NCBI GenBank assembly: GCA_964632475.1
Contig: CAZWDQ010000001.1
Coordinates: forward strand, 3,842 to 67,841
Length of the DNA stretch: 64,000 bases
Source: an uncultured Acidimicrobiaceae bacterium
GTDB taxonomy: Bacteria; Actinomycetota; Acidimicrobiia; Spongiisociales; UBA5794
Reading direction: 5' to 3'
Program-made: the position numbers and the translations under genes
Notes under the pieces: model-generated
Told to the model about the DNA's origin: nothing
Databases searched by the model: none
Seen by the model: the letters and a program-made list of their open reading frames with translations, nothing else
Shown: in pieces, positions 27,801-35,562 of the stretch
How positions within the stretch are numbered: the stretch's first letter is position 1
Layout: each line of letters begins with the position of its first letter

Positions 27801-30459
27801 CGTCATAGTCGTCGAGGAGTAGACCTTTGTAGACAGTCGTTCCCTCAGGGATCGCGACGCTGACGGTGTAGTCCACCCGTTCCCCAATCGTGGCCTGACT
27901 GAGGAACGAGTTTCCAGATTCGTCGATCTCGGTTGTCCTGGTCTTCGCTATGCCGAGGGCCTCCGTGTGGAGGGTCCAGTCGTCGCGCGCCGGATCCGTG
28001 TTGGCCGACACCTCCTGAGACGGATCGATGTTGTTCGAGGGGATGTACGCGAAGCGATCACCCGTGTCGGTGTTGATGGGTGTCTCGTACTGACGAACGC
28101 CGGTCTCGTTGGTGAATGTCTCGTTGGCACCGACTGCCGTTGGAACGGTCACCGTGTACGTGAGACCGGTCGATCCGCCCGCGGCGATCGACGGGATCGT
28201 CCATTCGATCCGCTCGGGATTCGGCGTGGTATTGCACGTTCCGCTGCCGTTGATCGACGAGACGGTGGCGCACTCGAGACCCGCCGGGAGGTTGTCCCAC
28301 ACCTCGACGTCGAGGGCTTCGGCATTGCCGGTATTCGCAACGGCGATGGTGAAATCGACGTCTTCGGCGGCCTGGACCGCTTCCTGTGTGGCGCTCTTCG
28401 TGATGCCGATCACTGGTTCGCCCCATTCGGCTTCCGCGTCGTCACGCAGTTGGTAGGACACGCCGTCGGTGTTCTGCCCGCTGAACTTCATCAAGTTCTC
28501 GACCAGATCACCGGGATCCTGGTCTCCTGGGCCGCCGGCGATCGAGGAGACGACAGCTTCGAAGGTCAAGTCGGGCGCGGTGAACTCGCCCGCATCGTCC
28601 AGGTACCACACGAGATGGCCACTCGCCGCCCCGGTCATGTCGGCGGTGATCCCGGCGGGGTCGTATTTGTTGTCCTCGCCGAAGGCCCATGACTCGTAGG
28701 TGAACCCAGCGGGAAGGAAGTCCTGAACGACGAAGCCGTTGCCGAACAGGTCCGTGTCGGTGACTCTCAGGCGCCAGCACACGCGGTCGCCTGCGCTGTA
28801 CAGCCCCGCCTGGTCGGCAGCCCAGGCAGCGACCGTGGAGCCGTCGCCGCATGACACCGGTGCTGCACCGGGGAGGGCGACCGACTTGCCGATCGCAGGC
28901 GCCGGCGCCGACTGCCCATCCGATGAATCGTCGAGCACCGAGCGACCGTCGGCGTCGGCGGTGAGGCTCATCTGATTGTCCCACGAGTCGCGGGCGAGCA
29001 CCGGATCCGCGTCGGTGGAGTTCTCCTGGTAGTGAGAGAGCGCTCGAGTCTCGTAGGTGACCGTCGCTGTGCCGTTTGAGGCCATGTCGGCCAGATTCCA
29101 TACGAGCGCCCAGGTGCCGTCCGCTGCCTCGGTGGCAGAGGCCCAGAGGGGGTTCGGGTTGAGCGGTTCGAGGCCGTCCGGCACGGTGTCGGTCACTACG
29201 ATCGACGATGCGAGCGCCGTGTACTCGGAGACCTGTATGTCGACCATCCATGTGGTGATACCGCCCGCGGTGATCGTGCTGGTGGAGGCGTTCTTCTGCA
29301 GAGCGACGTCCTCCGACGTCACGGTCGTCTCTCCCCAGTGTGTGTACTCGGTACTGTCGTAGGAGTACGTACCGGTCGCGTATGCGCGGTTCGTGAACGC
29401 GAGTTCGGTCCCGGTCTCCTGGGTCGATGCCCCGTTGTTGTTGTCGATATTCGACGCCTGTGAGCCGTCGGTCGCCGGCTCCCCCGTCGCACCGGCCCAC
29501 GTCATCGTGTTGGCCTGCATCGGGATCGCCGCCGCGTAGTTGAATGTGTAGGTGCCGCCCGTCGCGATGTCGAGATCACCCAGCGCACCGGCCTCGTTCC
29601 ACACCACATGGGTGTAGACCCCCGCTGGGAGCCCTGCCGGTATGCCGCTGTTCACCGTCTCGACGATCGTCGGCGCTACGCAGTTCGGCGTCGGCGCGGT
29701 GCTGATCGACCCGCTTCCCGGGTACTCGTCGCCCACCGTGGAGTTGCCGTCACCGCCACAGGCGAGAAACTCGAGTCCTGCCGGGATCCAGTCATGGATC
29801 TCGAAGTCATTCGTCGGTGCGTTCGGGTTGTTCTCGATCGTCACCGTGTAGACCGTTGTCTGATCGTGGAGACCGCGAACCAACTCAGCCTCGGGGCTGG
29901 GCTCGGTCTTGACAACCCGGAAGGCGACGATGTCCGTCGAATCGGAGGAGCTATCCGAACCGGTGTAGTCGCCGGTCACGAGGCCGGTCGTCGAGTCGAA
30001 GTCGGGGATGAGGCGCGGATTCGAGTCGACGTACGCATCGGCCTGAACAGTGAAGGAAGACCCGACGGCATGCGTGGCGACCGCATGGTTCACGGTGAAG
30101 GTCAGAGAAGCGTCATTGTTGGCGAGCAGATCGGAGACGTTCTCGAAGAACAGGGTCGTCTCGCCGGGAGCAGGAACGTCGGCGGCAACGACCGGGCTCA
30201 CTGGGCCGTCCGCAAAGGACACGCCCACGGGTAGCACGACTCGGTAGGACAGGTTGAACCCGTCAGTGCCAGTCGGGTTACTCGCCGTGAGCATCACCTC
30301 GGTTGCATCGCCGTGCAGGGTCTGTCCATCGGCGCCGACCGAGAGTGAGATGTCCGGGGTTCCTGCAGCCATGGCGGGAGGGGCAAGCGGCGCAGCAAAC
30401 ACCAGGCTGCTTGTGACGGCGATCACAAGCGCTGCCGAGATGCGGAGTTTGGTCAACAT
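21838..30459 (-). CDS. giant (2873 aa) sortase-anchored surface adhesin: signal peptide, DUF11-type repeats, ~12 SdrD-B-like Ca-binding domains, C-terminal LPVTG sorting signal
   Basis: The N-terminal signal is MLTKLRISAALVIAVTSSLVFA. DUF11 motifs (DxLPxGL) recur, and the motif GDxVWxDxDxDGVQD...TTTDxxGxYxFxxLPxGxY repeats about 12 times. The C-terminus has LPVTG plus a hydrophobic segment and RRREKA. Confidence 0.9.
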   Translation of the reverse strand: MLTKLRISAALVIAVTSSLVFAAPLAPPAMAAGTPDISLSVGADGQTLHGDATEVMLTASNPTGTDGFNLSYRVVLPVGVSFADGPVSPVVAADVPAPGETTLFFENVSDLLANNDASLTFTVNHAVATHAVGSSFTVQADAYVDSNPRLIPDFDSTTGLVTGDYTGSDSSSDSTDIVAFRVVKTEPSPEAELVRGLHDQTTVYTVTIENNPNAPTNDFEIHDWIPAGLEFLACGGDGNSTVGDEYPGSGSISTAPTPNCVAPTIVETVNSGIPAGLPAGVYTHVVWNEAGALGDLDIATGGTYTFNYAAAIPMQANTMTWAGATGEPATDGSQASNIDNNNGASTQETGTELAFTNRAYATGTYSYDSTEYTHWGETTVTSEDVALQKNASTSTITAGGITTWMVDIQVSEYTALASSIVVTDTVPDGLEPLNPNPLWASATEAADGTWALVWNLADMASNGTATVTYETRALSHYQENSTDADPVLARDSWDNQMSLTADADGRSVLDDSSDGQSAPAPAIGKSVALPGAAPVSCGDGSTVAAWAADQAGLYSAGDRVCWRLRVTDTDLFGNGFVVQDFLPAGFTYESWAFGEDNKYDPAGITADMTGAASGHLVWYLDDAGEFTAPDLTFEAVVSSIAGGPGDQDPGDLVENLMKFSGQNTDGVSYQLRDDAEAEWGEPVIGITKSATQEAVQAAEDVDFTIAVANTGNAEALDVEVWDNLPAGLECATVSSINGSGTCNTTPNPERIEWTIPSIAAGGSTGLTYTVTVPTAVGANETFTNETGVRQYETPINTDTGDRFAYIPSNNIDPSQEVSANTDPARDDWTLHTEALGIAKTRTTEIDESGNSFLSQATIGERVDYTVSVAIPEGTTVYKGLLLDDYDENTLGYVAGSAAATLKDGALPAGPLPAGWILDDTGDQITVSFPATYVNLPDSGDDLLVLTFSVTILDVPSNVRSMWRTNRAMQEWYDSTDSRTTRFSTVGTRIVEPNLTISKSDDDVDGVVTPGQTVEYILVVANDNSIRYVSRAHDLVVTDTLPPGLECGDISNISHGGACADTNPDVITWTGASDAELVVLDRAGTFTLSYDAAFPDPIVTDDTFTNAARVTGSSMTGPEPGERDATSPNGGTGSGYQANDQDTLIAPQSSITKAVTPGEQTVGEPVQYTVEVILPAGTVQYDVTIIDMLPSGIAVTSPGYTVSTRCDAGSAGSGTPCFPDLVPVELMPNGADIGWFLGDLDTTSSVPRVVTIVYDAFVDDVTVAADGATLTNAVNVYANQTNKLGGVTVVPDAPNYDVSGTPATTNVVVREPNLVLTKHVLEGGTPVDSRRALPNEQLTYEIALTNSGTWSAYDAQVTDTITIPSGNTVSAVSILNGVDNGIAYIVEDDDPADGTLEWSIDGPIPAGQSVTISYTVQVWDATEADENDSGPEITNTADNPSYWGVAAHLTGDGHREYEGNEATALIELDLASIGDYVWFDANNDGVQDAGEQPIPNATVTVTYLGLDGAAGGGDDEVHVTTTDGDGLYLVEDLPGGSYTVVVTGLPSGVTPAYDLDGTTVSPDGQWSGVLPEGEAKRDVDFGYTGTGSIGDLVWLDRNADGVQDPDEPGIGITEVTVTFAGFDGVAGNADDIVYVTTTAADGSYLVDLLAAGAYTVAVTDMPLANVNPTYDLDDGLSAPDGSWTGALVAAEAKRDVDFGYNGDGLVGDLVWFDQDRDGVRDAGEPGIAGVDVWLTWPGPDGVLGTPDDVVFTETTDADGLYLFGGLNSGNYSVQVDASTLPAGMDNTFDEDLDLDGHTDVVLGAGESHLTADFGYGGSGSIGDFVWWDLDGDGVQDSGEPGIPGVDVEVVWAGADGVLDTADDVTYTAATDAAGGYLVDNLPDGLYRVTVQGSLPSSAANTHDFDGGGDSTAEVTLAGGVANLDLDFGYLGDNSIGDYVWFDADGDGVQDVAEPALSGVDLTLTWAGVDGVFGTTDDVVLGPMTTDSAGFYSFPGLPDGDYRVDVTGGVPVGMAPTFDEDSGTTAPDQTATVAGLAGGTNHNTADFGYNGDGLVGDLVWFDQDRDGVRDAGEPGIAGVDVWLTWPGPDGVLGTPDDVVFTETTDADGLYLFGGLNSGNYSVQVDASTLPAGMDNTFDEDLDLDGHTDVVLGAGESHLTADFGYGGSGSIGDFVWWDLDGDGVQDSGEPGIPGVDVEVVWAGADGVLDTADDVTYTAATDAAGGYLVDNLPDGLYRVTVQGSLPSSAANTHDFDGGGDSTAEVTLAGGVANLDLDFGYLGDNSIGDYVWFDADGDGVQDVAEPALSGVDLTLTWAGVDGVFGTTDDVVLGPMTTDSAGFYSFPGLPDGDYRVDVTGGVPVGMAPTFDEDSGTTAPDQTATVAGLAGGTNHNTADFGYNGTGSIGDAIFWDLDGDGTQDTNEPGFPNVDVAVTWAGVDGVLGTTDDYVTTVTTDEDGMYLAEDLPGGLYRVDVDTADLPLDVAQTADPDAAFDSSSRVVLTAGSSELDQDFGYRGSSSVGDTVWFDIDADGSQTPGEPGVADVDVTVTWLGADGVPSGDDVTIATTTDADGNYAAIGLVGGAYAVSMDTSSLPEGGVANSDLDGDDPAFTDLTLGTSEDRLDVDYGIVGSASLSGTVWHDRNGDGVVDPGEEGVPNVTVVVTWDGPDGQVTFDVVTDSAGSWSLESLPAGDYSAVIDMTTAPASYVATTPETVVVTLPPLGHETVDHGVVGAASLGSTVWIDVDGDGIVDPGEQGIDSVIVELFDQSGEMVARTVTMFGGSYLFEDLIPGTYTVRLDESTIPTGLVQTYSKTGNLDLVTTQVIAEGVNVLDVNFGFQEQGLPVTGADLARFSMLGLLLLAGGSLMRMFGGRRREKA
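23270..25374. repeat. perfect 1044-bp direct tandem duplication (2 copies + 17-bp junction microhomology) inside the adhesin gene
   Basis: Segments 23270-24330 and 24314-25374 are identical at the sampled positions. Duplicated six-frame ORFs sit at +1044 offsets (e.g. 23088..23399 / 24216..24443, 23713 / 24757). Confidence 0.85.
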
Positions 30460-30753
30460 GGGTCCCCCTCAGGGCGTTTCGGCTTAGACAAAATCGGAAT
30501 TGGCGCAAATCTGACCGGACCGACGCCGAGAGGCGAGGACCCTGGAAACACTGCATCAATGCAGCGCCATCGCTTCACCGTATATCGGCCCCTTTGTCGC
30601 TTGCCCTGTAGGCCTTTGTCTGACGTGTCGATCCGCCGCATCTCTGTGCTTCAAGACTCCGTTGCGTGGTACAACCGGACCGACGGACGTGGAGGTTGCC
30701 TGTGAGCGAGCAACCGATAGGATTCGGGACACCCAACCGCAAGGAGAAAGCTA

Positions 30754-31191
30754 ATGGCACTCGGTCCGATCGAGTTGCTGGTCATCGGATTCCCCGGAAA
30801 CCAGTTCACTGGAGGCATCCTGCCTGAGATCGAACGACTCGTCGACAACGACGTCATCACTCTGGTCGACGCCCTGCTCGTCTACAAGGACGACAACGGT
30901 GGGGTTGAGATCATCGAACTCGACCAGGTTGACGCAAGCCAGGACGTGGCAGCGTTGAGTCAGTTCCTCGAAGAAGGCAACGGGCTGATCTCGGAAGAAG
31001 ACATGGAAGGTTTCGCCGATGCGCTGGAGCCCGGCTCTTCTGCCGCGGCGCTTGCGTTCGAGCACACGTGGTTCAAACCGCTGCGGGACGAACTCGTTGA
31101 CTCGGGGGGCATCCTCCTCGCCAACATGAGGGTCCCCGGACTCGTCGTGGATGAGGTCCTGGCCGCCGTCGCAGCACTCGAAGACGAATAG
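30754..31191 (+). CDS. hypothetical protein (145 aa, acidic, conserved N-term MALGPIELLVIGFPGNQF)
   Basis: It has a strong AAGGAGAAAG RBS. It is followed at a 13-nt gap by the SHOCT gene. Confidence 0.6.
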   Translation: MALGPIELLVIGFPGNQFTGGILPEIERLVDNDVITLVDALLVYKDDNGGVEIIELDQVDASQDVAALSQFLEEGNGLISEEDMEGFADALEPGSSAAALAFEHTWFKPLRDELVDSGGILLANMRVPGLVVDEVLAAVAALEDE

Positions 31192-31204
31192 GGAGGAACT
31201 GACA

Positions 31205-31567
31205 ATGCCAAGAAGACGTGGACGCCCGGGTATCGGAAGAACGATGGCTCGAACCGCAGTGGTCGCAGGGACCGCAACCGCGGTGAGCGGGGGCATGCGC
31301 AACCGGTCGGCGAACAATCAAGCAGCAGAACAGGAACAGGCCGCGGCGAATCAAGCCGCTTATGAGTCCCAGGAACAGTTGGACGAGATGCAGGCCCAGG
31401 TGAACGCCGTGCAGGCACAACAAGCACCGGCGCCGCAGCCTGTGGCCGCGGCCGCACCTCCTGCTGATGACGTCATGGGGCAACTCCAGCGGCTCGCCGA
31501 CATGAAGACCGCGGGGCTCCTCACCGACGCCGAGTTCGCCGCAGCGAAGGCGAAACTGCTCAGCTGA
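31205..31567 (+). CDS. SHOCT-domain protein
   Basis: The C-terminal LADMKTAGLLTDAEFAAAKAKLLS is a SHOCT motif. The N-terminus is basic, followed by a Q/A-rich linker. A GGGAGGA RBS precedes it. Confidence 0.7.
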   Translation: MPRRRGRPGIGRTMARTAVVAGTATAVSGGMRNRSANNQAAEQEQAAANQAAYESQEQLDEMQAQVNAVQAQQAPAPQPVAAAAPPADDVMGQLQRLADMKTAGLLTDAEFAAAKAKLLS

Positions 31568-31670
31568 CAACCGGACCTACGCCGCAATCAGGGTTGGAGG
31601 ATCGGGAGCCGTCGCTCTCCGGTCGTCCGACCCTGGCGCTATTTCCGAAGTCACGCCAGACTTTGCGGAT

Positions 31671-32828
31671 ATGAAACCGAGGATCACGCTTCTTGTCCTG
31701 CTCATCGCGACACTCGTTGTCGCCGCCTTCCCTGCCCTCGCGCAGACGGATACGGACGAGGGGCCGGTCGTCCAGGCTGTCATGTTCTTCTCTCCGACGT
31801 GTGGCCACTGCGAACTGGTCATCAACGAGCACCTACCTGTCATCTTCGAACAGTTCGGTGGCGAACCGACGGTGCTCTTCGACGACACCATTCCCCCTGA
31901 GGATGTCGCTTTCTACTTGATGACCAACGGAACACTCGACCTCCTTCTGGTCGACGCGAGCGTGGAGATCGGCTCGACCATGTTCGGCGAGGACGCCGAG
32001 CGCCTCGGTATCGACAGCGGGGGCGTACCCCGCCTGGATATCGAAGACATCTACCTCGTGGGCTCGGAGCAGATACCGGCGGAGTTCCCCGGCATCATCG
32101 AGGAGGGCCTTGCGACCGGCGGCATCCCTTGGCCCGACGTCCCAGGTCTCGAATCAGCGCTGGCGACGATTCCCGGCTCCTCGGGAGTCGACCAACCGGT
32201 CACCGATGACGGATCCGACGATTCCTCTGCAGCGATCCCCTCTGTCGAGGATGAATCAATTGGGGACAAGATCGCCCGCGACCCGTTGGGGAACGGCCTT
32301 GCGATTCTCGTGCTCGCCGGACTACTCATGAGCATCGTGCTCGTCCCCGTCCTCGTGCACAACGGATCTCTCCGCGGCGGTCCCTCGTGGGCAATCCCCG
32401 TGCTCGCCGCCATCGGTCTCGGGGTCTCTCTGTACCTGGGGAGCGTCGAGACGAGCGGTGTCGAAGCCGTCTGCGGACCGGTCGGGGACTGCAACGCCGT
32501 GCAACAGAGCGCGTACGCCTCGATCTTCGGGATTCCCATAGGAGTCATCGGAGCGATCGCCTACATCGGCCTCCTCGTCGGCTGGATCGTCACAAGGGTC
32601 TCGAAGAGCCGCGTCGCCGACGTCGCTGCTTTCTTGATGGCAGTGACCGCCTTCGGTGGAACCGCCTTCTCGATCTACCTGACGTTCCTCGAGCCGTTCG
32701 TGATCGGAGCCACCTGCATGTGGTGTCTGGCCTCGGCCCTCACCATCGTCGGATTGATGTGGTTCACCGCCCCACCGGGATGGGCCGCACTCGAACGGCT
32801 TCGCGGGTCAGGCGCTGCCGACGCGTAG
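31671..32828 (+). CDS. thioredoxin-like domain fused to vitamin K epoxide reductase (VKOR) family membrane protein
   Basis: It has a signal peptide and a CGHC Trx/PDI-type site. The VKOR loop cysteines are CGPVGDC, and the TM active site is CMWC. Confidence 0.8.
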   Translation: MKPRITLLVLLIATLVVAAFPALAQTDTDEGPVVQAVMFFSPTCGHCELVINEHLPVIFEQFGGEPTVLFDDTIPPEDVAFYLMTNGTLDLLLVDASVEIGSTMFGEDAERLGIDSGGVPRLDIEDIYLVGSEQIPAEFPGIIEEGLATGGIPWPDVPGLESALATIPGSSGVDQPVTDDGSDDSSAAIPSVEDESIGDKIARDPLGNGLAILVLAGLLMSIVLVPVLVHNGSLRGGPSWAIPVLAAIGLGVSLYLGSVETSGVEAVCGPVGDCNAVQQSAYASIFGIPIGVIGAIAYIGLLVGWIVTRVSKSRVADVAAFLMAVTAFGGTAFSIYLTFLEPFVIGATCMWCLASALTIVGLMWFTAPPGWAALERLRGSGAADA

Positions 32829-32844
32829 TCTCCGCCGCTCGCCG

Positions 32845-33426
32845 TCAGCCGGCGAAGGTCCCCATCAGGACCGCTTCGGCGAGCACGTGACCGTCGGACG
32901 CGGCGAGTACGTCGTCCTTGGCGGCCCCTTCAGCCAGGCCGAGTGGGGAGTCGAGAGCGAGAACCCTGAAGAAGTAGCGATGCGTTCCCGAGGGTGGGCA
33001 TGGGCCCCCGTAGCCGGTCTCCTTCCATGAGTTGAGGCCCGCTGTCCCCAGGTCGCCGACGTCTTCGGAAATGGATGAAGTCGGTGAGAAGTCGTATGCG
33101 ATCCAGTGATCCCAGGTCCCCGCCGGCGCATCGGGGTCGTCCATGATCAGAACCAACACCGATGCATCTTCGGGGATAGCGGTGATCCTCAACTCGGGTG
33201 AAACGTTGTCGCCGTCACAGGTGTACCTCATGGGAATCGCTGATTCGTGGTCGAACGCGGGGGAGGTCAACACCATCGGTGCTCCTTCGGTGGATGTGGT
33301 GATCGCCGGCTCGGTCGTGGTCACCGGCGCTGACGCCGAGGACCCAGTGGTCGTTGGGGAGGCTTCGCTTCCACACGAAACGGCAAGGATGGCGAGCAAG
33401 GCAACAATCAGGACACCAGGTTTCAT
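32845..33426 (-). CDS. YbhB/YbcL (PEBP/Raf-kinase-inhibitor-like) family lipoprotein
   Basis: Its lipobox is LAVSCGS, and DDPDAP..GTWDHW..GYGGPCPPSGTHRY are PEBP motifs. Confidence 0.75.
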   Translation of the reverse strand: MKPGVLIVALLAILAVSCGSEASPTTTGSSASAPVTTTEPAITTSTEGAPMVLTSPAFDHESAIPMRYTCDGDNVSPELRITAIPEDASVLVLIMDDPDAPAGTWDHWIAYDFSPTSSISEDVGDLGTAGLNSWKETGYGGPCPPSGTHRYFFRVLALDSPLGLAEGAAKDDVLAASDGHVLAEAVLMGTFAG

Positions 33427-33458
33427 TCAACAAGTATGGCGTGCCGATCAGTTCCCGT

Positions 33459-34850
33459 CTACGGCTGGTCGTCGATCCACTGGTCGATCCATGCGTATGC
33501 CTGTTCCTCCGAATACGGCCCATCTTCTACACGCCGTTCGTAGAGCATCTTCATGATCTCGCCCACCTGGCGTCCGGGTTCGAGGCCCAGGTGCTCCATC
33601 ACCTGGTTGCCGTCGACCGGCGGGCGGAGACCGTCGAGTTCCTCTCTCGCTCGAAGGTCGGCGATCCGCTCTTCGAGCTCGTCGATCCGTCTCGAGATCG
33701 TGCGTTCGCGACGCCTGTTCCTGGTCGTTACGTCGCAACGGACAAGCTCGTTGAGGTCCTTGAGGAGTTCCCCGGCGTCGCGAACGTATCGACGAACCGC
33801 CGAATCGGTCCACCCCATCTTGAACGTGTGTGGCCTCATGTGAAGGAACACGAGCCGGGACACATCCTCGGTGGTCTTCTTCGAGTAGCGAAGCGTCTTC
33901 ATGCGCCGCCTCGTCATGCGAGCACCGACGACCTCGTGGTGATGGAACGAGACCCCGCCGGGACCGAACTCACGCGTGTCGGGCTTTCCGATGTCGTGGA
34001 ACAACGCCGCGAGACGCAACTCGAGGCGCGGCGACGTCTTCTCAACAACCGCGATGGAATGGGCGAGCACGTCCTTGTGGTGGTGAACCGGATCGACCTG
34101 GAGTGCGAGCGCTGGAAGTTCCGGGATGAACTCTTCGGCAAGACCGGTCTCGACGAGACCCCAGAGCGCCGGCCCGACGTGGTCACCGATCATCAGCAGA
34201 TCCAGTTCACGCTTGATCCTCTCGGCAGAGACGATCTCAAGGCGGGCGTGCATGCGGTGAACCGCGTCCAGGGTCGCTTCATCCGGGACGAAGCCGAGTC
34301 TCGACACGAACCGGAACAGTCGGAGCATCCTCAGCGGATCATCGCCGAAAGAGATCTCCGGATCGAGCGGCGTGCGCAGTCTTCGGGAATGAAGGTCGAT
34401 GAGGCCCCCGCAGGGATCCAGCATCCGCGGAGCGTCGTCGTCTGCCGTGGGAATGCGAATCGCCATCGCATTCACCGTGAAGTCCCTTCTGGACAGGTCT
34501 TGTTCGATATCGTCCGAGTAGGTCACCTCGGGCTTGCGACTCTCGTCTCGATAGATCTCCGAACGAAACGTTGTGATCTCGTGGACCCTGCCACCCTTGA
34601 TCGCTCCGATCGTCCCGTACGTCTTGCCCGCCAGATACAGATCCGCAGCCCACGGACGCACGATCTCCTCGATCTCGTCGGGCCGGGCGCCGGTCGTGAA
34701 GTCGAGGTCGGAGTTCGGACGATCCAATAGAGCGTCGCGCACACTGCCGCCAACCAAGTAGAGGCGGTGGCCTGCCTCTGCGAACAGTTCGGAGAGTTCT
34801 CGCGAGGCAGTGCCAGCAGCAAGAAGCGTCTGCAGCCGAGGAGGGATCAT
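33459..34850 (-). CDS. cca: CCA tRNA nucleotidyltransferase (HD domain-containing)
   Basis: It has a pol-beta NTase head (GGSVRDALL..DLDF) and an HD motif (HDIGKP). The start is the internal ATG at 34848-34850, with a GGGGGG RBS. Confidence 0.85.
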   Translation of the reverse strand: MIPPRLQTLLAAGTASRELSELFAEAGHRLYLVGGSVRDALLDRPNSDLDFTTGARPDEIEEIVRPWAADLYLAGKTYGTIGAIKGGRVHEITTFRSEIYRDESRKPEVTYSDDIEQDLSRRDFTVNAMAIRIPTADDDAPRMLDPCGGLIDLHSRRLRTPLDPEISFGDDPLRMLRLFRFVSRLGFVPDEATLDAVHRMHARLEIVSAERIKRELDLLMIGDHVGPALWGLVETGLAEEFIPELPALALQVDPVHHHKDVLAHSIAVVEKTSPRLELRLAALFHDIGKPDTREFGPGGVSFHHHEVVGARMTRRRMKTLRYSKKTTEDVSRLVFLHMRPHTFKMGWTDSAVRRYVRDAGELLKDLNELVRCDVTTRNRRRERTISRRIDELEERIADLRAREELDGLRPPVDGNQVMEHLGLEPGRQVGEIMKMLYERRVEDGPYSEEQAYAWIDQWIDDQP

Positions 34851-34875
34851 GTTGGACCCCCCTTGCCGGGGGTCG

Positions 34876-34934
34876 CAGTCCGTAGTCCGTACGGCCCTGC
34901 TCGCAGCTCGTAGCTCGCAACTGGTAGCTCGCGG
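34876..34934. repeat. (AGTCCGT)x2 followed by five imperfect CTCGYAG heptamers between rnhA stop and cca start
   Basis: The repeat was read directly. It is rich in TAG triplets. Confidence 0.5.
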
Positions 34935-34935
34935 T

Positions 34936-35514
34936 TCACTCTTCTCTCCAACGGTTTGCCAGTCCGTCTGCATACTCGTTCCACGTGTATCCAACGTGGG
35001 CCTTGATCCATCGGAGTTCGAGTTCCGGGCGTTTCCGGAAGGCGGTATATGCACGCCGAACGAGTTCGACGTTCTCCACAGGACCGGTCTTCCTCTTCCA
35101 ACCACGAGATTCCCACCCTACCGCCCACTCGTTGATCGTACGGACGGCGAGGTTCGAGTCCGAGTAGACGGTGGTGAGTGTTCCCTCAGGGACCAACTGT
35201 GCTCCCTCGATCAGGGCCATCAATTCCATCCGGTTGTTCGTTGTGTCCGGATCGTGCCCGTGGCGCTCGGCGACGATCTCTCCGTCGATCACGTACACAA
35301 CTCCCCATCCGCCCGGTCCTGGATTTGGAACACAGCCACCGTCGGTGAACACACCCGTCTGTGGGTCCTCGCTCGGAGCCTTTGCCGGATGGGACGATTT
35401 CCTCTCCGGCTTGCATTCGCGGCACTGTTTCGGAGCCCACCCGGGATAGCGATCCAGAACGTGCTGGGGCAGAGAGAACTCCTCGGAGCACGTCTGGCAG
35501 GTGAAGGTGGGCAT
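34936..35514 (-). CDS. rnhA: ribonuclease HI with N-terminal CxxC-x21-CxxC zinc-ribbon
   Basis: The N-terminal TCQTCSEEF...KQCRECKPE provides 4 Cys. The RNase H core has TDGGC, the E of RMELMALIE, YSDSN and the AHVG..NEYAD motifs. Confidence 0.8.
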   Translation of the reverse strand: MPTFTCQTCSEEFSLPQHVLDRYPGWAPKQCRECKPERKSSHPAKAPSEDPQTGVFTDGGCVPNPGPGGWGVVYVIDGEIVAERHGHDPDTTNNRMELMALIEGAQLVPEGTLTTVYSDSNLAVRTINEWAVGWESRGWKRKTGPVENVELVRRAYTAFRKRPELELRWIKAHVGYTWNEYADGLANRWREE

Positions 35515-35562
35515 TGCGAACAGGAGGGTACCGACCGAAGGACCGGAACCAGCGCTCCTCTT

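Noticed and set aside
22171-28699. Multiple long antisense ORFs (e.g. 23247..24167, 24372..25211, 25654..26874, 28508..29500) inside the adhesin gene, several duplicated.
   Set aside because: They are His/Arg/Pro-rich low-complexity translations of the opposite strand of a repeat-rich gene. The duplication just mirrors the 1044-bp tandem repeat.
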